Positions 8,716-19,300 of a stretch of 64,000 nucleotides of DNA are shown here, piece after piece. The DNA lies in NCBI GenBank assembly GCA_043811375.1, contig JBDRNJ010000057.1:12452-76451 (forward strand), written 5' to 3'. The number at the start of each line of letters is the position of its first letter. The first letter of the stretch is position 1. The notes beneath the pieces were generated by a model. It searched no databases and had not been told where the DNA came from. It saw nothing but the letters and a program-made list of their open reading frames with translations. This stretch comes from a bacterium (GTDB lineage: Bacteria > Zixibacteria > MSB-5A5 > GN15 > FEB-12). Both the position numbers and the translations under genes were made by a program.

Positions 8716-9352
8716 GGCTAAGTTCCTTATTCTTGATTTTGCTTTCAGCTAAGGCGAGTTTTTCGCTCAGTCGGGGGGCATTGTTCTCGGCGCACACAAC
8801 GCGGTAAACCTCTGCTGCCAGCCGGGCGTGCCCCTGTGCCAGGTAGAGGTCCCCAATGGTCTCGGTAAAAAAGGGAATCCTGTTTGGCCGGACAGGAACT
8901 TCGTTTTCAACGGGGGCTGCCGTCAACCGTGCCGGCGCAATTGTCTTCCGGGCGGTTCGGGTTGACCGTTTCACATCCGACTTCAGACCGCGACAGTGAG
9001 CGTCGATTTCGAGAATGCGGCTGTAATTGGCCAGGGCGCTGACCTGGTCGCCGCCGGCAAACCTGATATCACCGAGATACTTCAATGCCACCAGGTTATC
9101 GGGATCGATCGCCAGCACCCGGTAGTACTGCTCGGTCGCGGTTTCAATCTGTCCCGCCCGATGTAGAGCCAGGGCGTAGATGAGCCGACCGGAAACCGAA
9201 TGCGGGTGCTGCCCCAGGTGCTCTTTGCAGCTTTCAACCGAGCCTGAGTACTTGCCCTCGTCGAGCAACCGGGCTGCCTGTGCCGGAAGGTAACCCTGGG
9301 ACGACAATTCAGCGGTCAGATCTATCGGTCGCTTGTCAATCAATCGGAACAT
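8693..9352 (-). CDS. Tetratricopeptide repeat protein
   Basis: TPR-like helices (YYRVLAIDPDNLVALKYLG; TETIGDLYLAQGH). Start placed at the ATG at 9352 because the tracked 5' extension overlaps the rpsA terminator. Confidence 0.75.
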   Translation of the reverse strand: MFRLIDKRPIDLTAELSSQGYLPAQAARLLDEGKYSGSVESCKEHLGQHPHSVSGRLIYALALHRAGQIETATEQYYRVLAIDPDNLVALKYLGDIRFAGGDQVSALANYSRILEIDAHCRGLKSDVKRSTRTARKTIAPARLTAAPVENEVPVRPNRIPFFTETIGDLYLAQGHARLAAEVYRVVCAENNAPRLSEKLALAESKIKNKELSHVDSENQ

Positions 9353-9432
9353 CAAGGCATAAATAAGGACGTCGGTGCCGAAAGGCAAGAACTCTTGCGC
9401 CGGTGCAGTCCGGGGTTTCACTGTATGGCATG

Positions 9433-9469
9433 AAAAAACCGGTCGGCCACGGGGCACGGGGCCGACCGG
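9433..9469 (-). terminator. Intrinsic terminator of rpsA
   Basis: GC-rich stem CCGGTCGGCC...GGCCGACCGG followed by TTTTTT on the minus strand, ~55 nt after the rpsA stop. Confidence 0.8.
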
Positions 9470-9523
9470 CGAAAACCGGATTGCTTACCGGTAGTACTTT
9501 CAGTCAGAGAGGGTGAGCCTTCT

Positions 9524-11683
9524 CTACTCCATCTTCGGTTCGTCCTCAGCCGGGGTATCCGGGGCAGGCGTTTCCTCCGGCGGGGACGTTTCACCAGCGT
9601 CAGCTTCGGATGCCGGTGCCGCCTCGGCTTCAGTCTCGGGTGGGACTTCGGCGGTTGGCGTTGCGGCTGCGGGAGCCTCAGGGTTCGGACTCTCGACCGG
9701 TTCCGCCGGCTGATCGGCTGCGGTTGTCTCCTGCTTGAGCTCCTCCGGCATCACGTCAGCCATTGATTGTGTGGTCTCTGACGGATGACTCTGAAGGAAC
9801 TGATCAAGCTCGGTCCGTTCCCGTTTTTTATAATAGGCTGCCACCGAAAGCACGATCTTGTGCTGGTTACGATCAAACTCAATCACCTGCAGTGGCAGTT
9901 GGTCATTCTCCTTAAAGATGCCGGTGGGATCAGTAAGGTCCTTATGGCCCAGTTGTGAAACCGGGACAAACCCTTCCACGTCACCGTCGAGACTGACCAC
10001 CACACCACGATCCAGGACCTTACACACGCTCCCCAGGCATTCCGTTCCGTTCGAGTATTTCTTGGCTATCTGGGGCCAGGGGTCTTCCTGGAGCTGCTTA
10101 TAGCCAAGAGAGATGCGGCGGTTGTCGTGGTCGATCTTGATGATTTTAACGTCGACCCGGTCACCCTTCTTCAGTACCTCGGAAGGGTGCTGAATACGTT
10201 TGGTCCAGGACATATCCGAAATATGAACCAGACCATCAATTCCTTCTTCCAGTTCCACGAAGGCGCCAAAGGCAGTCAGATTACGGACTTTTCCGGTGAC
10301 CACCATATTGACCGGATACTTTTCTTCGATGGTCAACCAGGGATCGGGTTCCATCTGCTTTATTCCCAGCGAGATCTTCTCGTTTTCCTTATCTACCGAC
10401 AGAACCACCGCTTCCACCCGATCGTCGACACTCATGATCTTCGACGGATGTTTTATGTGCTGGGTCCAGGACATTTCGGAGATGTGAATGAGTCCTTCAA
10501 CACCCTTTTCCAGTTCCACGAAAGAGCCGTAGTCGGTGATGGAAACAACCCGGCCGGTTATTTTCTTGCCCAGTGGGTACTTTTGCTCGATGTTTTCCCA
10601 GGGGTAGGGAGTCATCTGTTTCAGGCCGAGGGAGATGCGGGAAGTCTTTTCGTCAAAGTCGAGAATTTTCACGTCGATCTTTTCGCTGAGAGAGGCCATT
10701 TCGGAGGGATGACGGATACGCCCCCAGGACATATCGGTGATGTGCAGGAGTCCGTCAACACCGCCAAGGTCGATGAAGACACCGAAGTCGGTGATGTTCT
10801 TGACGACACCCTCGCGTACCTGGCCGACGGATATCTCGTTCAGCAGCGTATCGCGCATCTTCGACCGCTCTTCCTCCAGCACGATTCGTCGTGATACCAC
10901 GATGTTGCGTCGATTCTTGTTGAGCTTGATGATGCGTACATCCATTGCCTGCGAGATGAGGGCATCGAAATCCGGTACCTGGCGGAGCGCCACCTGCGAT
11001 CCCGGCAGGAAGGCATCGACGCCCATGATATCCACCACCAGGCCACCCTTGATGCGGCGCACTACCTTGCCTTCAATGGTTCCTCCGGAGTCGTGCACCT
11101 CGCGGATCTTTTCCCAGACCCGCATGAAATCGGCTTTCTGCTTGGATAGAATCAATTGACCGTGGGAGTCTTCGATCTGTTCCAGGTAGACTTCCAGTTC
11201 GTCGCCGATCTTGACATTGAGCGGCGTGCCGAATTCATCGATGTCGACAATCCCCTCCGACTTGAAGCCGACATCCACCAGCACATCGTTGCGGGTGACA
11301 CCGACCACGTGGCCGGCAACGACTTCACCTTCCTTAATGTCCCGGATGGTGGAGTCGTACATATCGACCATGGCCTGGTACTCTTCGGGATCGTAGACGA
11401 CACCGGCGACGTCGGTAATGCGTACTTTTCCGACGTCTTGTATAATTGGCTCGGGGACGCGGGTATCCCTGGTCAGGGCTTTCTCGGCGACACGTTTATG
11501 GCGGGTGGTAGTCACCCGTTCGCGTTGCAGTTGTTGGGGCTTTGCGGCCTCTTTTACTGCTGCTTCAGTCGCTGCCGATGAGGTAATCTTGGTTTTTACC
11601 TTTTTGGTTTTTCTGGCGGATGTCGCCTTGCGTTTGGAAAATGTTGTGGTTGGCCCGGTGGCCGTCTTTTTGGCTTCTGCCAT
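9524..11683 (-). CDS. rpsA: 30S ribosomal protein S1 with N- and C-terminal low-complexity extensions
   Basis: Six S1 domains (DVGFKSEG, AFLPGSQV, GLLHITDMSW, GLIHISEMSW, GLVHISDMSW, GFVPVSQL). Canonical cmk-plsC-rpsA neighbourhood. Confidence 0.97.
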   Translation of the reverse strand: MAEAKKTATGPTTTFSKRKATSARKTKKVKTKITSSAATEAAVKEAAKPQQLQRERVTTTRHKRVAEKALTRDTRVPEPIIQDVGKVRITDVAGVVYDPEEYQAMVDMYDSTIRDIKEGEVVAGHVVGVTRNDVLVDVGFKSEGIVDIDEFGTPLNVKIGDELEVYLEQIEDSHGQLILSKQKADFMRVWEKIREVHDSGGTIEGKVVRRIKGGLVVDIMGVDAFLPGSQVALRQVPDFDALISQAMDVRIIKLNKNRRNIVVSRRIVLEEERSKMRDTLLNEISVGQVREGVVKNITDFGVFIDLGGVDGLLHITDMSWGRIRHPSEMASLSEKIDVKILDFDEKTSRISLGLKQMTPYPWENIEQKYPLGKKITGRVVSITDYGSFVELEKGVEGLIHISEMSWTQHIKHPSKIMSVDDRVEAVVLSVDKENEKISLGIKQMEPDPWLTIEEKYPVNMVVTGKVRNLTAFGAFVELEEGIDGLVHISDMSWTKRIQHPSEVLKKGDRVDVKIIKIDHDNRRISLGYKQLQEDPWPQIAKKYSNGTECLGSVCKVLDRGVVVSLDGDVEGFVPVSQLGHKDLTDPTGIFKENDQLPLQVIEFDRNQHKIVLSVAAYYKKRERTELDQFLQSHPSETTQSMADVMPEELKQETTAADQPAEPVESPNPEAPAAATPTAEVPPETEAEAAPASEADAGETSPPEETPAPDTPAEDEPKME

Positions 11684-11848
11684 TAGGTTTTGAGAACCTC
11701 CTTATATAATCAATCCAATGGTTTGGATTTTTCCCGGTGGGAAACCATCAGATGCTTGCCGCCAAAAACCCCTCGGGGATTCAGCGGCGAATTTTATATA
11801 TACAATATTGTCGGAAATTGGCAAGCGAATTTTGCCCCCGGAGGAGCG

Positions 11849-12502
11849 TTATTTCAACGGTCTGCCGCCGGCCATGTCTGATTGTCGTTCGGCCATAATT
11901 GCTTCTTTCAGGCGAGCAATCTCGGTCATGATGCCTCGGGCGATTCCCTGGTAGCCGTCTTTGCTGATCGGAAACGACTTTACCCATTGCGTCGGCAGCG
12001 GTTTGCCATATATCAAACGGAGTCGCTGACGACCTTGTAAGCAGCGGCGAAGTTGGTCAGTCCCAGAAAGATAGGCGGGTACAATGGGGCACTCGGCCTG
12101 TCTGGCGATGATACCCACACCCGGTTTTGGGTTGAGCAGTTCCCCCCGGCGAGATCGGGTTCCTTCGGGGAAAACTGTCAGTCCGTTGCCCTCTTTGATG
12201 GTAGCGACAGCAGCCTTGAGAGCCCGACGGTCAATGGTGCCCCGACGCACCGGCAGTGCGTTTACCCGCTGCAAAAGGGCGGAGAAAACATGGTTTTCAA
12301 ACAGTTCTTCCTTGGCAAAAAAATATATGTCACGCGGCACCCAGCAGCCGACAAAGAGGGGATCATAGTAGGCTACGTGGTTGCTGGCCAGTATGAAACC
12401 ACCGGTCGGGGGAAGGTTTTCCCGACCCGAAACGCGAGCTCGCAATATCATTCCGGACAGGATACGTGATGCTTTCCAGCCAATATAGTAGGGGACGTTC
12501 AT
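11849..12502 (-). CDS. plsC: 1-acyl-sn-glycerol-3-phosphate acyltransferase
   Basis: NHxxxxD (SNHVAYYD), FFAKEELF, FPEGTRS. Confidence 0.9.
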   Translation of the reverse strand: MNVPYYIGWKASRILSGMILRARVSGRENLPPTGGFILASNHVAYYDPLFVGCWVPRDIYFFAKEELFENHVFSALLQRVNALPVRRGTIDRRALKAAVATIKEGNGLTVFPEGTRSRRGELLNPKPGVGIIARQAECPIVPAYLSGTDQLRRCLQGRQRLRLIYGKPLPTQWVKSFPISKDGYQGIARGIMTEIARLKEAIMAERQSDMAGGRPLK

Positions 12503-13206
12503 CGATCCCCGGCTGCTGCCTGTGCCAGTGATACGATTTTGTCGACCTGCTGTTCGATGGTGAGATCGGTTGTATCCAGCAAATGGGCATCTTCGGCCCT
12601 GGTCAACGGGGAATGGGCTCTATTGGAATCAAACCCATCCCGTCGCCGGATTTCCGCAACCTGTTGCTCCAGCGTGCTTTCTATACCCAGTTCGGTAAGG
12701 TCGCTCAGGCGCCGGCGGGCACGTTCGCTGATCGAGGCCTGCAGGAAGATTTTGACTTGAGCCCCGGGGAACACAACGGTGGTCGTGTCTCGCCCTTCGG
12801 TTACCAGGGAACCGTCTTTTCCCAATTGTTGCTGCCTGGCCACCATTGCCCGGCGCACCAGCCGGTGCGCTGATACTTCCGAAACATGGGCCGTTACCTC
12901 AGGGGTGCGAATTTGCCGGGAGATGTCAACGCCGTCAATCAAGACGTGGTTGTTGCCCTGGCGGTTGTCGAAATCGAGCTTCAACTCCGAAACAGCGGCC
13001 GCCAGGCGGCGCTCGTCGGTCGGGTCGATACCGTTGCTGAGGGCGTAGTATGTCAGAGCTCGATACATGGCGCCGGTGTCCAGATACCGGTAACCAAGCC
13101 GCCGGGCCACCAATAGGGCAGTTGTTGATTTGCCGGATCCGGCCGGTCCATCGATGGCGATAATCATCCCGGTCGGAAAGGTGTGATTATTTCTGTCGGC
13201 GGTCAT
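12499..13206 (-). CDS. cmk: Cytidylate kinase
   Basis: AIDGPAGSGKST, DTGAMYRA, EGRDTTTVVFP. Start uncertain (13242, 13206 or further downstream). Confidence 0.95.
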   Translation of the reverse strand: MTADRNNHTFPTGMIIAIDGPAGSGKSTTALLVARRLGYRYLDTGAMYRALTYYALSNGIDPTDERRLAAAVSELKLDFDNRQGNNHVLIDGVDISRQIRTPEVTAHVSEVSAHRLVRRAMVARQQQLGKDGSLVTEGRDTTTVVFPGAQVKIFLQASISERARRRLSDLTELGIESTLEQQVAEIRRRDGFDSNRAHSPLTRAEDAHLLDTTDLTIEQQVDKIVSLAQAAAGDR

Positions 13207-13286
13207 GCCAACGATACTACTCCATGCCGGGGCTGAAGGCAATCGGAAAATATCGGTCGCTGTCGGTTAGCCGGTAGCCTGCCGAG

Positions 13287-14090
13287 TCAGGGAGAACCGA
13301 CAGAATCAGCGGTAACCGGTCTGGAAGGCGGAGAGCCAAACCACCGAGTATAGATACTGTCGAAGCGCCCGCTGTCTTTGATTTCTTTTAGTGCCTGGTT
13401 TATTTTCTGAAGTTTCTCTGTGTCGCCCTTGCGAACTGCCAGGCCGTACTGCTCCTCGGACATTATCTCTCCGACGATTTTGGCGGTGCCGAGCTGCTGG
13501 ACCAGAGCCTTGGTGGTCGGAAAATCGTTCAGAACAACATCGAGATTGCCGGCGGCCAGATCGTCAAATGCCTGGCCGATGTTGTCATAGGAGTACACGT
13601 GCAGACCTTCCATATCTTGTGCCATCATCTCGCCGGTAGTGCCGAGCTGAACCCCCACTTTCTTTCCTGTCAGGTCCTGCGCGCCGCTGATGCTGCTGTC
13701 TTCCAGAGGCACTGCGATTGACTGACCGGCCGTAAAATAGGCGTCGCTAAAATCAACCAGTGCCGCCCGCTTCTGAGTGATGGTCATAGCCGAGATGATG
13801 ATGTCGAAGTCACCGGCTTTCAGACCGTCCACGATCTTGTCAAACGGCGTTATTACAAACTCTATTTGCCAGTCGTTAAGTCGGCTGATTTCTTTTATGA
13901 GGTCGACATCGAAACCGGCCGGCTGATTGGTGGCCGGATTGATGCTCTCAAACGGCGGGTAAGTGGCGTCGGTACCCACTTGTACAACTGAGGCTGATGT
14001 CCGGGTCTGTGATTCTTGCTCTCCCGCGCAGGCGGCCAACAGCAGCACCGTCAACAGTGCTAACGGCAGAAATCGCATTGCTCTTATCAT
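13287..14090 (-). CDS. Polar amino-acid ABC transporter substrate-binding lipoprotein (SBP family 3)
   Basis: Lipobox LAAC, GTDATYPPFE, GFDVDL, GVQLGTTG. ATG at 14090 follows a GGGGAG RBS. No cognate permease is adjacent. Confidence 0.9.
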   Translation of the reverse strand: MIRAMRFLPLALLTVLLLAACAGEQESQTRTSASVVQVGTDATYPPFESINPATNQPAGFDVDLIKEISRLNDWQIEFVITPFDKIVDGLKAGDFDIIISAMTITQKRAALVDFSDAYFTAGQSIAVPLEDSSISGAQDLTGKKVGVQLGTTGEMMAQDMEGLHVYSYDNIGQAFDDLAAGNLDVVLNDFPTTKALVQQLGTAKIVGEIMSEEQYGLAVRKGDTEKLQKINQALKEIKDSGRFDSIYTRWFGSPPSRPVTADSVGSP

Positions 14091-14185
14091 AATCTCCCCA
14101 TGACTGATCTGTATGTTGCTTTCTGCTTTCAAGGAAACCGGATCGGTACGGCTTGTCAACTTGTTTGTCGGACGCAACCACAATG

Positions 14186-14209
14186 AAAACGGGCGGCAGA
14201 AGCCGCCCG
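14186..14209 (-). terminator. Intrinsic terminator after the pspC/LiaF-like pair
   Basis: CGGGCGGC-TTCT-GCCGCCCG followed by TTTT on the minus strand. Confidence 0.75.
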
Positions 14210-14236
14210 CTTTGGAATTGTCCGCAAAATCCGCAT

Positions 14237-15136
14237 TCAGAAAAAGTCGATTGAAAGCGATCCCAGCCGATCATCAAGGTTGATTTCTATGTGATTGCCG
14301 GCGGAATCAAAACCGCTGGTCATAAAGCCATCATCATCGCTAACCAGTCCAATACGACTGAGATAGGAGCGGTAGTCCTGCCCCAGTACCTTCAGACCAA
14401 CGCCGTGGGGTACGCGCAGCCGCAAGTTGGAATCTTCGCCGGCAATATCGATTTTCACATATGGCTCGAGATCACCCAGTTTGAGGTATACCCGAGCGTC
14501 ATCAGCCATCAGTTTCAGTTTCTGCAGGGGGGTCGTTGAGAGGTTGAGGTGCAAATCAGCCCCATTGCCGGTACATTCCAGATTCAACGGAATCTTTTCC
14601 GGGAACCGCAGGTACCAATCCTGGGTGTCATCGGTGTTGATTACTATCGCCCCGCCCAGAAGACTTTGAGAACGACTGATGAAAGTAACCGTAGCTTCAT
14701 TGTCTCGAACTCGGTAAGTGATTTTGGGTTTACGAGTGAAACGATCAAATCGGGCATAGAGCCCGTCCTCACCGGAGTCACGGATAGTCAGGTCGGTTTC
14801 GTCCAGTTCCAATACGGCGTGCAGAGTTTCAACGGAGGGATCAAACTCCTGTTGGTAGGTCGATGCCGAGAAAAAGTTGCCTTCGGATCCGTTCAGACTG
14901 CCGGAAGCTGCAATGAACAAACCGCCCAGGAATAATCCGACCGATGTCAGATAGGAAATGAATCGGACTCTGGTTTTGGCGAAGATTTTCTCAATACCGA
15001 CGGCTATCAGCACTACCGGGAACCAGATCAGCAGGTCGGGCCAGAAGTTGTCATTAAAAACGTTGGTATTACGCAGCAGCAGCAAAACTCCCAGCAGGAT
15101 TAAAAACATTCCCCATCGAAAGCGCGCCGGAGTCAT
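14237..15136 (-). CDS. Membrane protein with LiaF/DUF5668-like N-terminus and beta-rich C-terminal domain
   Basis: WGMFLILLGVLLLL...WFPVVLIAVGI transmembrane motif. Overlaps the pspC-domain gene. Confidence 0.7.
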   Translation of the reverse strand: MTPARFRWGMFLILLGVLLLLRNTNVFNDNFWPDLLIWFPVVLIAVGIEKIFAKTRVRFISYLTSVGLFLGGLFIAASGSLNGSEGNFFSASTYQQEFDPSVETLHAVLELDETDLTIRDSGEDGLYARFDRFTRKPKITYRVRDNEATVTFISRSQSLLGGAIVINTDDTQDWYLRFPEKIPLNLECTGNGADLHLNLSTTPLQKLKLMADDARVYLKLGDLEPYVKIDIAGEDSNLRLRVPHGVGLKVLGQDYRSYLSRIGLVSDDDGFMTSGFDSAGNHIEINLDDRLGSLSIDFF

Positions 15137-15582
15137 GATACACCACCGTTCTGAGTGTTATTCGGCTGCCGGCAGACATCTATGGCCGGTTCCGACTCTG
15201 TTTCAGGTCGGTGGCTACGCCGGAATATCAACAGCAGTCCCACGACAACCAGGATTACCGGCCAGAACTCATCCCAGTTGAACCAGAACCAGTTTTCGCG
15301 TACCAGCAGGATGACGCCGATAGCCATGAGGATGATTCCCGGCAGGTACTTGTTCCAGGGTGTGTACTCGCGGTCGATGGGAACCGGCGCCACTTCGGGT
15401 GGCCGCATGGGGATGATAATCCAGGCGATAATGTAAGCCAGAATCCCAAAACCGGTAGCCAGGAATAACAGGACGGTTATGACTCGTACCAGGACGGGGT
15501 CGACGTCGAAATACTCGCCCAGTCCGCCACAGACGCCGCCGATGATCTTGCTGGTGGTGGATCGGTATAGTCGTTTATGCAT
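15133..15582 (-). CDS. PspC-domain membrane protein fused to a DUF5668-like segment
   Basis: KRLYRS...IGGVCGGLGEYFDVDPVLVR...YIIAWIIIP is the PspC signature. Confidence 0.88.
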   Translation of the reverse strand: MHKRLYRSTTSKIIGGVCGGLGEYFDVDPVLVRVITVLLFLATGFGILAYIIAWIIIPMRPPEVAPVPIDREYTPWNKYLPGIILMAIGVILLVRENWFWFNWDEFWPVILVVVGLLLIFRRSHRPETESEPAIDVCRQPNNTQNGGVS

Positions 15583-15674
15583 ACCAACTCCTTGCAGGTG
15601 GCTATTAGTCTTCTGGAGAAAATATACGGTTTAGCCGGGCAAAAGTTGTTTCAAAAATTCCGGCGCAGGTAGTC

Positions 15675-15706
15675 GACGGCTAAAAAAGCAGACGGCTAAA
15701 AAAGCA
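15675..15706 (+). repeat. Perfect 16-bp tandem duplication
   Basis: GACGGCTAAAAAAGCA occurs at 15675-15690 and 15691-15706, directly before the tRNA -35 box. Confidence 0.9.
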
Positions 15707-15734
15707 TTGACAGTCACCTGAAAACAGATATACT
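15707..15734 (+). promoter_or_regulatory. Sigma70-type promoter of tRNA-Asn
   Basis: TTGACA (15707-15712), 16-bp spacer, TATACT (15729-15734), with A-tracts upstream. Confidence 0.8.
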
Positions 15735-15765
15735 GAAAGTTGTTTTTTAGAGGTTTCGACTGTAC

Positions 15766-15838
15766 TCCCGTGTAGCTCAGTTGGTAGAGCAGCTGACTGT
15801 TAATCAGCGGGTCGCTGGTTCAAGTCCAGCCGCGGGAG
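15766..15838 (+). tRNA. tRNA-Asn (GTT)
   Basis: Cloverleaf: acceptor stem TCCCGTG/CGCGGGA, D arm GCTC-AGTTGGTA-GAGC, anticodon arm GCTGA-CTGTTAA-TCAGC (GTT at 15799-15801), T arm GCTGG-TTCAAGT-CCAGC. CCA is not encoded. Confidence 0.97.
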
Positions 15839-16129
15839 CTATTTGATACTCTTTTCGAACTCCATTACCCAAGAACATATATCAGCGACTGGGACTCATC
15901 CCGATCCAGCCATGTAACCCGCCTTTTGGTTGCAGGTTAGCGGAGCGCCGCTTGACCCGACAAGTGGCCTGCATCCCTGGTCCTCGTCGCGTACTGGCCA
16001 CGAACCGGTGGAAACCGCGCCTAAATGGCCAATGATCTCGATTCCTGTGACTTAGATCAAGATCTCAGAACGGACCCGAATGCGGTTGCTCTGCCTACCG
16101 TGCCTCAACAAAGTGGAATCAGGTCGCTG

Positions 16130-16182
16130 AAGTGTGACTTAACTTAAGCCACCCCACTGTCCACTTTGTTTGAAGACGTACA
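16130..16182 (+). mobile_element. Isolated right end (IRR) of an IS3-family element
   Basis: AAGTGTGACTTAACTTAAG...TGTCCACTTTGTTTGAAGACGTACA matches the reverse complement of the IS ends at 47513 and 63799. Confidence 0.7.
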
Positions 16183-16320
16183 GTCAAACAACAATCGTCG
16201 TCCATTTGCCAGGTTCACAAGACACGTATCCGCGTTACCGAGTGGATAGAATGTCATTTTATGCATAAGATTCCTCCTCAGAAATGAAGGACGTTTGCCT
16301 GATGAGGAAATGCGGTCTAA

Positions 16321-19300
16321 TCATTGCAGCTTGAACCCATCCTTCAGGTCTTCCAATAGCTTATTGATTTCTTTAGTCGCCTCTTCGGGCGGTACTTCCT
16401 TGCCGTCGCCAAATGTGATTTGAACCCGGAATTGCAGCGGTATATTGCTCTTGGTCTTGATCTCAAGCAGTTGCGGGATGATATCGCCTAAATCCTGAAT
16501 CTGGGACGGTTCAAGCTCCGCAGCTGCCACAAGGCTCTTGGAGGGCACGCCCGCTCTTCCAACACCGCCGGTGCCCCCGGCTCCTGCGCCGGCACCGGCT
16601 GCTACTTGGAGCTTAACGGATTGGGCGTTTGCGTAGTCACATGGCCATTCTGTGGAACCGTCGCCCAACTCTATCCAACGAGCGTTAATCGAAGCGGATA
16701 TGACGTCCTTCACAGTCTTCCAGGGCAGATTCTGGCCAATCTTCTGAGACACGGCTGTCGCGATGGAGAACGCTGTTGCTTTATTGTCCTTCCATCCGCC
16801 AGGTAAATTTTCAGGAAGGATTTCCGCGGCAGGGGGCGGACTTGGCGGCATATGGAGCTTGGCTTCCGCAGTCAGAATTCCAGACGGAATCTCTTCGGCG
16901 AGAATGCTCGCTGGTCCGTTTAGTAGCCACAGGCTTCCAGCTTCTACTGCCGCGCTCACAGCCGATTCCACTGCCTCCTGGCTTGCTTTGGGAATGTGCA
17001 TAGGCTCTTGGTAGCCATTACGCTGAACTTGAACCATATTCGAGCCACCAAAATAGTCTGTAACATCTCTAACTTGTATTTCATCAGTAGGCCAAAGGCC
17101 GGGCAGTTTATCCTTAATCAAAAGATATGAAGGTACATCTGCCAATTCAGCTGCCTCAGAGAGAACCAGCTCCAATGCCGGATCGGACAGCGCATTCTCG
17201 TCTGGTCGTACAAACCACCACGTCCGGAATGATCCATCGGGGCGTGTTAGTCTCAAGACAAACGAACCCTGCTCACACCCGTCTACAAGCGTGTCGAGGA
17301 TTGCTCGGGCTTGTAGCATCTTGGGAAGGTGGGGCAACTGTGCAAAGGCTCCGGAGAGATCCTTTACGCGCCGTGATGTTTCACCTTCCCGCCAGAGATC
17401 ATATGGTCCATCCGGCAGTAAGGCTTCGGCGGTGATTGCGGAATCTTGCACTCGTGATCGTTGGTCGTTCTTGACGATAGAGAAGTGAAGTTCCTCTGTC
17501 ACATTGATCTTGAATGCTTGGGTTTCATCCTTCTCCGAAACGGTTACAACAATGCAATACGCTTGTTTGATCGATTCCGGAACGCGGCCCTTTGCCTTCT
17601 GGATGTTTATCGTGAGGGACTGCATTCGCGCCGGATCAAGATCACCTTCCTTCTCCTGCTCTTTCAGCTCACCGTACACCTGCTCCCATGCCAAGTGCTC
17701 TCGGACCCTTAAAGAGGCAACATCAACGCCATCATGTGATGGTGTCAGAAGTAGCACTGCATTTCTGTAGACCCTCGGCTTGTCCGAACCGGTTGTTTCA
17801 TCGAGGAATCGCTTTGCTTCTGGACTTGGTTTACCGGAGTCAGAAGCGGCGCTCGGCCCCAGTACAGCGTAATGAAAGTGTCCGTCATCTTCAATGTCGC
17901 GGGGGCGGGCGGGCAGATTGTGAACCTTCACACCGGCGGCTGAGGCACCCGATACGAGTGACTTTGCCTTGCCGATTTCATCGAGCAGTCTCGCACGCAC
18001 GATGTCGTCAGAAATACGACTCGCGGCAACGTTGTGCATTTGCACTAGGTTTGGGCGATTACCAAGGCGCCAGGTGTTTGGAAGCTCATTCTCATTGACC
18101 CCTGTGTATCGATCATCAAGCCAATGGCTAACCTGTGCCCACCGTTTCAATCCTTTTTCCAACTCTATTTTATCCGGACGTGTCGGCCCGAGCAACAGGA
18201 CAAGATCCCGCGTGCGCACACTCTGACCAATCGGCTGTGAGTGCAAAAAGGTCGCCATGACCGCCTGTTCGATCTCACGGAAGGGAAGACCTACGGCTTC
18301 CTTTTGGATGTCTCTGGCTCTTAATAATTCGCCCTCAATAATTCCCGTCCACGCCTGCTTCTTGCCTTCATGTCCTTCTGTATCTGCAATCGTAACCAGC
18401 TCGCGAGTCGCCTCGGCAATACCTTCTCTGTCCGGTGCGTTCAGGAACACAGCGGGACCAACTATCGGACTCTGGTCCCACTTCTCTGCTCCCCTGAGTG
18501 CAAGGGCGAATGTGCGTAAAACACCGCGTGCCCGCTGGAACCGATCAAGCTGGGTCCACTTGGTGTAGAAAACTTCGGTAAGGTCAGGGTGGAATGGGTA
18601 GCTCTTTACGAATCTCTCTTCGGCCTCAGCACCCTGTTTAGCGGTCTGCTCGTCAACTGCAAATATGCCCTTGAGCGCTGCCTGCACGTGCTGCCGAAAT
18701 ACTTCTTTGTCTTTCAACGATTCCGGAGTGAAGAACCGTCTTCTGAGCAGTTCCGCGACATCTTCCTTTACAACGGGTTCAACAGCTTCCTCGCGCTGTC
18801 TTTGGAATATGTCGTATAGATCACCCTGCAGCTGACGCCCAAAAGCATCTGCTTTCTTTGGATCACTCGCTAGAAGTGATGCCACTATGCAGCAACGGTC
18901 AACTTTCGCCGCTGCCTGGGTCAGGTACTGGAAAAAGTTGACTATGCGGTCTTGCCACTGCCTGTCCATCCCGGCCTTTTCACGAACATAAACCAGAACT
19001 TCGTCGATCAAGATCAAAACGCCAAGGCCATCCTTGGTGGGTATTTCGAGAAGTTCCAACAGCAGATTCTCAGCAGGCGCGCTTTCACGTTCCTCAGCCT
19101 TCTCTTCCGGATGAAGGAGCTTCAGGCCGTCATCGCCGGCTAGCTGATAAGCCAAAATACTCCACGGGTGTTTTAGCGTGCGAACCTTACCGTCCGAGCC
19201 TACAACAGACATACCCTTTTCAACATCCAGCTTATCAAAGCAGAGCGCGACCACCCTGGCCTTTGGAAGGGGCTGGCCAATCGCCTCTTTGAATTCAGCA

